Shown: piece by piece, positions 41,636 to 51,990 of the stretch
Layout of the letters: each line of letters opens with the position of its first letter
Numbering within the stretch: position 1 is the stretch's first letter
Assembly: GCA_034780895.1 (NCBI GenBank)
Contig: JAUZTB010000057.1
Location: 12,668,307-12,732,306, forward strand
Origin: Rhynchobatus australiae
Lineage: Eukaryota
Direction: 5' to 3'
Length of the DNA stretch: 64,000 nt
Translations under genes and position numbers: made by a program
Notes under the pieces: model-generated
Database searches by the model: none
The model's input: the letters and a program-made list of their open reading frames with translations, nothing else
What the model was told of the DNA's origin: nothing

Positions 41636-42230
41636 TACATTGAACAGTACAGTACAGCACAGGAACAGGCCCTTCAGCACACGATGTCATACCAAACTAA
41701 TTAAACTAGTAATTAAATACCTAACTAAACTGATCCCTCCTGCCTACACAATGTCTCTCCCCCTCCATTCTCTGCTCATTCATGTGCCTTTCTAAGGGCA
41801 TCTTAAACGCCTCTATCGTATTTGCCTCCACGATCACTCCTGGCAGCGCATTCCAGGCATCCAACTACTCAGTGTAAAAAAAAACTTGCCCCACACATCT
41901 TCTTTGAACTTACATGCTGTCACCTTAAATGCATGCACACTAGTATTAGATATTTCAACCCTGGGGAAAAAAAAACAACTGTTTATCTATGCCTCTGATA
42001 TTCTTATAAACTTCTATCAGGTCTCCTCTCAACCTCCACTGCTCCAGAGAAAACAAGCCAAGTTTATCCAACCTCTCCTTGCAGCACATGCCCTCTTCTC
42101 CAGGCAACATTCTAGTAAACGCTTCCATAGCCTCCACATCCTTCCAATGATGGGGCTGCCAGAATTGAAAGCAATACTCCATATGTAGCCTAACCGGAGA
42201 TTTTTATAGCTGCAACATAATCTCTGGTTC
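41636..42230 (-). mobile_element. CR1 3' fragment
   Basis: Encodes MEYCFQFWQPHHWKDV...[24 protein letters not shown]; the tail appears on + as ACAGTACAGCACAGGAACAGGCCCTTCAGC. Confidence 0.9.
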
Positions 42231-42334
42231 TTGATCTCTTAGTTTTAAAGAATTACAGCGCTCAACTTGTTCATGCTCATAGCTCAGCTATTGAAATAAA
42301 ATAACTAATAGGGTTTAAGGAATTATGAGATTAC

Positions 42335-42499
42335 CTTCCAGTTGGTCTGCAGTGTTTTATCCTTCTGCAGCGAATCTCGCAAAACAGCCTTCCAGCCTGT
42401 GAAGTCACCAATATCTGCCTTGGTCTGGTAACCTTCCTTCAAGCAGTGTTTATACCAAAGTACTTCATCCTCAGCAATAACCTTCCATGTTTTACTCAC
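42335..42499 (-). CDS. FBXW8: FBXW8 coding exon 3 (165 nt, C-terminal half of F-box and linker)
   Basis: Polypyrimidine tract with TCTCAG acceptor, GTAATC donor. Encodes VSKTWKVIAEDEVLWYKHCLKEG...TLQTNWK, matching human VSKTWKVIAEDEVLWY...LRTNWK. Confidence 0.97.
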
Positions 42500-42702
42500 C
42501 TGAGAAAGAAAAAAAAAATCTGTTGTTAAGAAGATTAAATATTCCACATCTGGTTCTTGATATGCCATCCCATTCCGACTTGGAAGAACATTACCATTGC
42601 CTACCAAATGTACAAGGAGCTACATTTAAGTGTACAACTTCCAAGAAAAATTCAGAAAGTCAATTGGCCCTAATCATTCATGTACTTCCTAAAAGCCATT
42701 GT

Positions 42703-42829
42703 TTTTAAATACCTTCTTAATAAAGAACTGTGCTTCACTGCTCTCTGCCTTTTATTAACCTTGTGAAAAATGGTTAATAAAAGCCAGAGAGAAGTGAAGC
42801 ACAGCTCTTTATTCAGAAGGTATTTAAAA
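42703..42829. repeat. Long inverted repeat in FBXW8 intron 2 (58-bp arms, 11-nt loop)
   Basis: 42703-42760 matches the reverse complement of 42772-42829 at 54 of 58 positions without gaps. Confidence 0.95.
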
Positions 42830-43202
42830 CATTTTATTTTTTTATAATTGGTCCTGTAACCATGTCAATCCTTGCTTAATCCAATCACTTTTTAAATAAA
42901 TATAAACAGACCATGAACTTTATCTTGACATCTGTTGAACTCCAAAGTTTTTCATGGAGTTCAAATTGAATGGACAAGGTGAGTTAAAATGATTATGATG
43001 AAATCAGTTCCCAATTCACAGATTATTTCAGCATCGTTTGCTTATAACCTCTCTTTTGGTTCTCTAATATTCAAATTCAAGGCTTCTAATATGCTCTGCT
43101 CAATGAAAGACCTTCGAGACTTTTATTCAAATATTGCAAGATGAAAAACACAAAAAGATACTTTAAATTTTCTTCATAAAGTGAATCAACTTTTATATTT
43201 AC

Positions 43203-43307
43203 CTGAGCACATCTTCCAAGTTCAGTTCTGCCAAGATATGCAAAAATTCTCAGTGCCAGCTCATATGGTAGGTCAATATCAAAAAAGGGAATTTCATTTA
43301 TTTCATT
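43203..43307 (-). CDS. FBXW8: FBXW8 coding exon 2 (105 nt, N-terminal half of F-box)
   Basis: TTGCAG acceptor and GTAAAT donor. Encodes NEINEIPFFDIDLPYELALRIFAYLGRTELGRCAQ, containing the F-box LP-E...IF-YL motif and close to human FBXW8. Confidence 0.97.
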
Positions 43308-43709
43308 CTGCAAGATAAGAATAGTATAAGATTAAATAATGCATTTCAAAGCAATAGACTGCATTTGATATTTAAATGAAATACAGTTACCTGTCTCTGG
43401 CTAAGTGACTTATGCTAGTGTCATTATTTTCTTTTTCTGCACATGCGTCTTTATTCCCCTACTTGTAAATCTGTACTACTGAATCCTTCATCACCATTTT
43501 ACTTTGGTACTGTTTGCATATTTCAAGGAAGGCAAATTGCTCACAAGCTTTAATTCATATTCTTAAAAGAAACAGAAACCTCAACCTGGAGCAGGTATAT
43601 TTTAGCTAGTACTATTTATTCTTTGTTTGATTTTTAATTATACTGATTTGTAGAAAACTTCAATACAGAAATAACTACATATCATTGATAATTATCCCCA
43701 CCAATATCT

Positions 43710-44300
43710 GGGAGAGCACCATTGACCAGAAATTGAACTGCACTTCCCAAGTAAAAAGCCAGGTACCTTACAGCAAGTGACACATCTTCTGAAACCACTT
43801 TTCGCCATCCACAAAGCACGAGTCAGGAGCATAATGGTAGTGTCTCTGGATAAGTGTAGCTCCAACAACAGTCAAGAAGCTCAACCATCAAGGACAAAGC
43901 AACCCATTTGAATGGCATCCCATCAACCAGCCTCCATGTTCAGTGACTACAGTGTGTGTTACCACCTACAAAACACATTGCAGTTACTAGCCCAGACTAC
44001 CCTGACAACATCGCCTCATCCTCTATCTCCAAGAAGAAGGGCGCAGGTTCATGGGAACACCAGAATCTGCAGGTTCCCATCCAATTCACACACCATCCTG
44101 AAAATATTGCCACTTTTTCATATTCATCGAGTCTAAATCCTGAAACTCCCTCACCAACAACATTGTGAAAATATCTTTACCAGATGGACAACAGCATTTC
44201 AACAAAGTAGCTCACCAGCTCCTTGTCAGAGCAATAAGGATAGTCAATAAATGCTGCTGTTGCCATCAATCTCTACATCCTGAATAAAATGAATAGAAAA
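43710..44300 (+). mobile_element. Old CR1/L2-clade LINE 3' fragment (second family)
   Basis: Remnants TIHKARVRSIM and TTVKKL..QDKA, with the 3' end GCAATAAGGATAGTCAATAAATGCTG...ACATCCTGAATAAAATGAAT(A)n. Confidence 0.65.
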
Positions 44301-44309
44301 AAAACATTG

Positions 44310-45575
44310 AAATATAGTAGGAGGAGGAGGAAATTCAGCACTTTGAGCCTGCTCGGCCATTCAATACAATTATGACTGATCATCAATCTACCATTTTGGT
44401 CGTAACTGTTTGATGCACCTGCATGTTTGCTTTCAGTGAGTAGTGGACAAGAACACTCAAGTGCTTTTCCACATTAGCACTTCTCAATACAACACCATTT
44501 AAATAATACACCAACATTCTGTTTTTCCTTGCAAAGGGGGATAGCTTCACATTTATCCACTTTATAATGTCTTTGCTGAGTTTTTGCCCACTCACTCAAT
44601 CCAAATTGCCCTGAAGCCTCCTTGCCACACAATTTACAATCCCATCTAGTTTTGAGCCGTAGGCAAACTTCCAATTATTGTATTTTGTTCCCTCATCCAA
44701 ATCATTGATACACATTATGAATTGTTGAGGCCTAAACACCTATCATTATGGTACTCCACTGGTTAATACTAACAACCTTGAAAAAGATGTCTTTATTCCT
44801 ACTCATTATTTTGCCTAACCATCATTTTTTCAATCTATGGCAATACACCATGTGCTTTAATTTTAAACACTAACCTTTTTCGTAGGACTTTATCAAAGGC
44901 TTTCTGAAAGTCCAAGTACACGACAGCCACTGGTTTTCACTTATCTATTCCACCAGTTACATCCTCAAAATTCTCCAGTAGATAAACCAAACATGATATC
45001 CTTTCCAGAAGTCGATGCTGACTTTGTTAATCCCATTGATATTTTCAAAATGTACTGCAACCTCATGACTCAAGCATTTTCGCTGTAGCTGATGTTATGC
45101 CAGCTGCTCTGTCATTTCCTGTTTTTCCCCCTCTCTCTCTCCTGCCTTAAATAATGGGGTTACTTATGCCACCCTCCAATCTGTACATTCATTGCATAAA
45201 CCGTAGACTTCTGTAAAATNNNNNNNAATGCATCTGCAATTTCCACGTCTATCTCCTTTAACATTCTGGGATGCAAATTAACTGGTTCTGGTAGTTGAAT
45301 CAGCATTCAGTGCTTTATCTTCTCCAGCACTATTTTCTTAGTAATACAAATTTCCTTTCATTCCTCACCTTCATTAGATTCTTGGTTCCCTAATAATTCT
45401 AGAAGACCGACTTAGTCATGATCTTCCAAACTATTTGTTTAATTGCTTGGCCATTTCCCTGTTCCCATAATGAATTCTCCCATTTCTGACTGCAGGGAAC
45501 CAATCTTTGACTTCACTAATCTTTTCACATATTTATGGCAGCTTTTACAGTCCACTTTTATATCCCACCATACTC
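44310..45575 (-). mobile_element. CR1 LINE fragments (tail plus RT region), antisense
   Basis: Remnants KCEAIP..., YYLNG..L....EKHL.VLVH.SLK and LDFQKAFDKV near 44890-44920. Confidence 0.8.
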
Positions 45576-45915
45576 AATTAGGGATGCATAATTTACATAA
45601 ATGAAAAGAACAAATGTAATAACTGTAACAGTCCCAAGACTACAGGGGACAGATCCAAAAGCTTAATAACATAAGAGACTACTGCAATGCTTTGTAAATC
45701 ACAAAAAAATGGCAAATAGTTAAGAAAGGTTTGTTAAGTTCTCCCCACTAGAATATAGGTTTAATAATTATAAACTCTTAAAGAAAAGGAAGGAAGTGCA
45801 TTTTTGAAGCACTGATGCCATTGGCAAATGTATTTAGTGCATGTTTAAAATTATGCATAGTAAACAATTTAAAAGATTGCTGTGAATTGACTGTCGGTCA
45901 TCTGTCGCATACCTG

Positions 45916-45996
45916 TAGATAAGCAGCAGGCTCAGGACTGCTGCTTATTTATGTGAATTTAAGGAAAGTTCAAGTATTTGAACTTTCCTTAAATTC
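45916..45996. repeat. Two adjacent perfect inverted repeats (11-bp and 19-bp stems)
   Basis: ATAAGCAGCAG/CTGCTGCTTAT (45919-45929 with 45938-45948) and GAATTTAAGGAAAGTTCAA/TTGAACTTTCCTTAAATTC (45955-45973 with 45978-45996). Confidence 0.9.
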
Positions 45997-46029
45997 CAAG
46001 AGCTTCAGTACAATTTAAAAACATACTAT

Positions 46030-46490
46030 TTCTTCAGCAGTCCCTTCGGGTCAAGGTTAATTTGCTAACAGTCCAGAACTGCAGGTTTGGAGGTGACAGA
46101 AGAGTTCAAGTGATCCTTGATAGAGCGGATTGGTGGGTAGCTTTGATGTAGTGTGCTCCTTCACGGTTTGAGCATGGTGCCTGTGTGGCCCCAGATGCTC
46201 CTTTCCACGATGAGACTCAGAGGCCAGGGATTCCATAAGTTATTGAGGATGTTGAAATTTTTCCATGGAGACTGAGAAAATCTTTGAAGCATTTTCTGTG
46301 TCCTTCTGAAGATCTCCTCTCACAACAGAGTTGGTAGTACAGTGCTTATTTTAGAAGTCTGCTTTTGGGCGCGTGGACATTGTGGCTCACCCACATCATC
46401 CACATGCCCAACACAACAGTTGGTTGAGAGTGACCAGAGCCTTGATGCTGGAGATGTTCAGCCTGGGAGAGGATACTAGTATTATCTGGA
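46030..46490 (-). mobile_element. RTE-clade LINE 3' fragment
   Basis: Begins TTCTTCAGCAGTCCCTTCGGGTCAAGG (antisense RTE tail). Remnants include SILSQAE..SI, PKSRLLK..LY and GHRKCFKD.L. Confidence 0.7.
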
Positions 46491-46814
46491 CACAATTTTG
46501 ATGGTGTGCAAATTGTTTTATATTTAACATGAATATATTCTGGATTGGTAAATGTCATTACTTTAAATATTGGGGTGGGTATCATTGAGATATATTGAGG
46601 ATGGACTTCAGCTACATTCAAACAAACTATATCTTTTGCCTCCTGCAAATCCATTCAACAGCTAAACTAACAACCAACAGTATCAACATGCATTTTCTCT
46701 GGTAGAATTCACAATTTAATTGACTACTTATGTCACATGCATGTTTAATCTATAAATGTAATTAAGGTCTTTTGTCTATTCTTTTATAAGGCAACTTCTA
46801 TAATGGAACCATTT

Positions 46815-47500
46815 TTCTGAATGATGCAATTGTAAAAGGAGGTCAGGAACACAGGGAGCTGGGGTTCACAGATGGAAATCTTTGAAGGTGTCAGACTTCA
46901 ATAAACTTGGTGGAAAAAATAGATTTCAATATTATTTGGCTCTATAAACAGACACAGAGTACAAAAGCATTGAAGTTACACCAAACCTTTATAAATCCTG
47001 GGTGCAAGATGATAGTATTCATTTCTGAGTGCCATACTTTAGGAAGAATGTTGGGCCTCAACAGAAGACGTAGAGCAGATTTATCAAATTATACCAGGAA
47101 TGAGGGATTTCAATTTAATTGAAACTGCAGAACTGGGACTATACAGGAAAAGGAGGATCAAGTGGAGATCAAATAAAGGCATTCTGAAGTATGAAGGATT
47201 TTGATGAGGTAAATAGGAGAATCTATTTCCACTGGCAAGAGCATCAGTAATGAAAGACAAATATTAAAATAATTGACTGAAGAATAGAAGGGAAAAGAGA
47301 AATTTTAGTGGAATAAGTTGTGACCTAGAATGCATTGACTGAAAGGGTGGTGGAAGCAGATCTAATAGCAACTGTCAAAAGGGAAATGGATACATATTTG
47401 AAAGAGTCATGGGAAAAACCAGGGGAGTGAGACTAATTGTACAGTTGTTTTAAAAGGCTGGCACATCTCCTCTGGTGCTGGAAGATGTTGATTCTATTTA
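46815..47500 (+). mobile_element. Old CR1 3' fragment
   Basis: Degenerate but collinear with the ORF2 end and 3' UTR of the CR1 at 1-2270. Confidence 0.6.
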
Positions 47501-49189
47501 GTTCTACTGCTTACTCTGAATAGTGTTAAATATGCTACATGAAATATTTATTCAAATAATACTAAGTTCAAGGTGTATAAATCAATTTCCTGATGGGGAA
47601 GCTACTTTGGAACATAATTTGCTTTAAAATATGATTTGCAGCAGCTCAATATTTTGACTGTATATTGAGTACTACATTATTCATTGGAATGGAGGTGGAA
47701 AATAGCTTTAGGCCCAATGAGAGTGCTTCATATCTTTGGCATTGAAAGCGATTTTTGTTTTGTACTTAATTACTGACCTCAGTGTTTAATCTCCCTTTCT
47801 AATAATTTAGGTCATGATTCCATTTAATGTAAATTAGTAAAGTAACCTCTTAAATTAATGGTGATTGATAGCTTCTATGCAATTCAATGAAATAAAACCA
47901 AGATGCCAGAATACTAAAGCAAGCAAAGGAAGTGGATGCTTTATTTAACACAAGTGAAATGTGTTCCAAGACATTGGAAGGAAATTGAAAGGGAGGGGAG
48001 TCTCTGGAGAAATTCATGTAATGTATTGCAAAGATTTGCCCAAAGAATTTCAGACTTTTTAATTCATTTTCTGAGTTGCAGGTCTCAATGTTGGGCCAGT
48101 ATTTATTGCTCATTCTGACATGGCTTACTGATGTTGGTGGTGAACTACCTTTCTGAACCACTGCATTCCTTCTGGTGCAGGTACTCCCATGATATTTGAG
48201 CTATAACAAAAATACTCAGCATTTCTGTGTTTTCTTCTATCAAGTGGATAATCTCATATTTTCCTACATTGTAGTCCATCTGTTACATGGATACCCACTC
48301 ACTTTGTTTGTCAATATCCTCCTGAAGCTTCTTGGCATCCTCATCATTACTCACATTCCCAAATTGGGAATGTTTGATCACTGAGCCAAGCCGTGGATAT
48401 AACATTGTAAATAACTGAGGCTCAAGCACCCACATACTGGATATATACATTATCACTGAACAATCTGTAGAGTTTCCCTGCTACCATCCTGGCTATCTCT
48501 AATCACAGCAATCCATCTCTATCAATAAATCTTCAATAAACTGAAACCATGACACAAGAAAAAAAAAGCTTTGGGAATTTGTTCCTGTCCTGCCACATGT
48601 GCCAACCCTTCTGTCTAAAATAGACAGCATATCAAAATGTTATTATTTGAGGAAAATCTAATCTGAATGAATCAATACCAGCTGCTTCCCCAAATACTGT
48701 ATATACAATAGTACATATTTGTGGTCGTAAGTGTGAGGCAAAGAATCAATCCAGCAACTCTTTGAACACAATAAAGGAAGAAAATGAATTTGGAGCAGCT
48801 TTAATCAAAGTAATATTTTAAATATAATTATGACCCACTGCCAAACTGTGTTCTGTTATTCTAGAATTACACATGACTCAAAAATCTACTCCTTTATCCC
48901 TATTTATCCTAAACACGTGGGAATGAGAATTCAGTTTGAATGTCAATTACTTAAGAGATTGGGACTACTTATGTAAAGGTCAGAACATCTCAAAAATCCA
49001 CCTAGTGAGGAAGAAAAACAAAAAGAATTTCAGATTTCCAGCAACTACAGTGTTCTGATGTTCCAGCATNNNNNNNNNNNNNNNNNNNNNNNNNNNNNNN
49101 NNNNNNNNNNNNNNNNNNNNNNNNNNNNNNNNNNNNNNNNNNNNNNNNNNNNNNNNNNNNNNNNNNNNNCCAGCATTAATTTTTTTTTT

Positions 49190-49530
49190 GTTTTGTTTTT
49201 CTATCTCCTCAGTCCTCATTCATCTCCCTCTAGTCACACCTCCACCAGGTGGAACAGCTGTGATTAACAAGCCTTCACCATCCTCTCAGTCAGCACCATC
49301 GCTTTTTGCGGAGCTCATTCTCTTGATCACCTTCCTTTTGCCACCCCTCCACTTTCTCTGCAAAAAGTTTGTTTTCTAACTTTTCCTAGTTTTGCTGAAA
49401 GATCACTCACCTAAAATATTAACTCTGTTTCTCCCTCTACAGATGCAGCCCAGCCTGAGTATTTTCAGCATTTTTCATTTTTTTTAAAGTTTCAGATATT
49501 CATTATCGGCTTTTGTTTTGCTTTTCAGTT
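49190..49530 (+). mobile_element. Penelope-associated terminal repeat relic
   Basis: ...AAATATTAACTCTGTTTCTCCCTCTACAGATGCAGCCCAGCCTGAGTATTTTCAGCATTTT...TTTCAGAT. Confidence 0.6.
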
Positions 49531-50896
49531 ACAATCGCTGCCATAGGTCAATCAGGGCCAGTATAATAAAATTTATTTAAAACCAAATTCAGAAGAATTG
49601 CTTCAGAATCATCTGAAAAACATTTCAGTTACACAACTGTTTCTCATGAAAGCATGATTATATAATTGTGCACATGAAAATCTATTGGAATATTTCTGCC
49701 ACCTTATCAGGAATCAATGCCACAAGTGTATCAATATTTTGAAGCTCTAGAAATTTATAGTGCATTCATGAAAATAATATAAAGTACAGACCAAACAGTT
49801 CCACTTGTTATTAGTGGAAATCAATATATATAATTCATGCAAACCATCAATTAGTGATGCTGTTCAAAATTATGTTATTTTGGTGAATGTCTTGCTAATG
49901 CAGGGACTTAAGAACGCAGAAGAGCTCTACTTTTTCTGCAATCAACCTCCTGAGAGATCAACTAATTTGTCAAATTTTTAACTACACATCAAATGATGCG
50001 ATTGAATTAAGCTTCTCATTTTGCCCATCTGACAAACATCGATAACATCCTAATATATCTTAATTCTTAAAATAAACTCTGCACGCTTAATTACTGAAAC
50101 GACAACAGAGCTATCTGTTGTCATTGCTGTAATTTCATGTTTTGAAAACTCTTATTTTGATATGTTGAAACAAACGAACGGAACCCTGAAAAAAACAATT
50201 TATGTGAAGCGATGTACCCGCATCTAACTCCAATATCTTGGTTGATCTCTAGCAAATAACAATCTTCAATTAGTTTTATGACTTGCCGCAGAGCTTTCGC
50301 ACATGTAATGAAGAGGCAGTAACTGTCCCCCTGGGATCTCTTGGTGGTTAGTTCCTAATGACTTTCACTCCCACATACAGCTCAGCTTCTAAACGTAATT
50401 TTCCGCTAGTAAGTAGCATTTAGAAGAGAGCACCACTTACAGTAATTCGAAAATTGCAGCTTATGAAATCGTTGTATCACGACTGTCAGCTGCGCCTCTG
50501 ACCTTAACTCATCAGTGATCAAACAATTTGACTCATGGTGCAATACAACCGCAAATAACCCCGTCGCAGTAATATCAAACACAGAGCTTCTCCCCAAGGA
50601 ATTCCGCATCTTCTGGTTTCCTCGGTTCCCTTGGTCGCTAATCACATACAAATTTGATAGCCTACCCACAACGCTCTGTGTACTTCTTCACAGTAATGAT
50701 GACTAACGCAATGTGAATGCAATAGTCAACCCCCGAAACACAAAGCTCCAAGTACAGTAATAACTTCGAGTCGTGTATGCGAAGTGCTAACTGAAGGAAA
50801 GATCGACAGTTAAATGGACCGATTATCTTTTAACTCAACGCTGGCTGCCTGCCTGCGACGAGACCAGTAGCCGGAGGAAGAAGCCGTGGGATTTAC

Positions 50897-51364
50897 CAGG
50901 TCACTGATCAACTGGTCCAGCAGGCTCTCCCTTCTACTGCTGCCGCCCGGGGCTTGCGCGATTCGGCCTGCGGGGCTCCCGCAGCGTTCTGCCGGCCTGG
51001 CCGACTCTCCGCGGCCGCCGGCGAGGAGCCCCCTCCCGTGGCGTCCTTCCCTCTGGATGCGGTCCCTGAGCGGGCTGGTCCGCCCCTCCAACAAACTCTC
51101 CGCCAGGTAGAAGTAACTGGGCGGCGGGGGGCTGTGGCTCGCCGGCTGCTCCGGCCCAGGCCCCGGGTCCTCGTCCCCATGGTGACCGGGCCCGGGCCTC
51201 GCCTCGTCCCCATGGTGACCGGGCCCGGGGCCCCCATGGCGCCGCCTTTTGCTGCTCCTCTCGTCCCAAATTAAGCCCGCGCCTTTTCCCTTGTGGGTGC
51301 AGCCGCGGCCGGAGATCTCGTCCTTCCACTGCTGCCGAAATTCTTCCAGATCCTTATCGCCCAT
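50897..51364 (-). CDS. FBXW8: FBXW8 coding exon 1 (156 codons; low-complexity N-terminus leading up to the F-box)
   Basis: ATG at 51364 in context GGACCATGG. It translates MGDKDLEEFRQQWKDE...SKRRR...LAESLLEG...SLLDQLISDL, which matches recalled human FBXW8 (MDDYSLDEFRRRWQEE...KKRRR...LAQRLLEG...LVDQLIRDL). It ends at a GTAAAT donor in phase 0 and lies in a CpG island. Confidence 0.93.
51169..51229 (-). repeat. 33-nt-period coding tandem duplication in FBXW8 exon 1
   Basis: CCTCGTCCCCATGGTGACCGGGCCCGGG occurs identically at 51169-51196 and 51202-51229 and encodes PGPGHHGDE twice. Confidence 0.93.
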
Positions 51365-51614
51365 GGTCCATGACCGCAAACTTCAAACTGCAGAAGCCGG
51401 CCGAAGAGCCTCGCTACCCGGAGACTTTTCCTCGCTGCACCTTACTTCCCCCCTCCCTCCCCTCCCCTCCGTCCGCGGTCCATCTTCAAACCGCGCCGTG
51501 TGGAACTCAATGCATTCAATTTGATTCCGCAGAACGAATATACCTAGCATTTTGTGTGCGGATCTGGTGTGCCGACCAAACTTGTGGTGCAGGGAGTGCA
51601 CCCAGATCCAACGT

Positions 51615-51990
51615 TAGCCTGAAGAGTCAACGACTTGGAGCATTAACTTTCTTTTTCTCTCCACAGATGCTGCCTGACCTGCTGAATGTTTCCAGCACCT
51701 CCTGATTTTTTTAATTATTTCTGATTTTGAACATTTGCACTTTTTAAATTTTTATTCACCAGATGGCAGATTTGTGGTACGACGAGACTGTGCCTTTATC
51801 ATTGCGAGTTTGGAAGAATATTAAGTGACCTAATTGAAATACAATATATTCTTCTGGATTTCCTATGCTTGATGAAGGGTCACAGAAAGGTTTCTTGTTC
51901 CATAGATGCTGCCTGACTTGAGTGTTTTTCCAGCATTTTCTGTTTTTGTTTCAGATTTCCAGCATCTGCTGGTTTTTTTTTAAATTTTCA
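51615..51990 (+). mobile_element. Two tandem Penelope-associated terminal repeat relics just upstream of FBXW8
   Basis: CCACAGATGCTGCCTGACCTGCTGAATGTTTCCAGCAC at about 51660 and CATAGATGCTGCCTGACTTGAGTG...CAGATTTCCAGCATCTGC at about 51900. Confidence 0.7.

Larger units (their letters stand above)
50030..51620. promoter_or_regulatory. CpG island / promoter of FBXW8 (GC-rich core about 50830-51500, CpG-retaining AT-richer shoulder in intron 1)
   Basis: Very dense CpG and high GC around exon 1, against a strongly CpG-depleted background. Confidence 0.88.

Noticed and set aside
51388-51445. Possible 5'UTR mini-intron on the minus strand (GTAAGG ... TTCTGCAG)
   Set aside because: At 58 nt it is below the usual vertebrate minimum, and the polypyrimidine tract is weak.
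50886-51705. Several overlapping ORFs on both strands in the CpG island
   Set aside because: Expected stop-codon scarcity in GC-rich DNA. Only the FBXW8 frame has homology and splice support.
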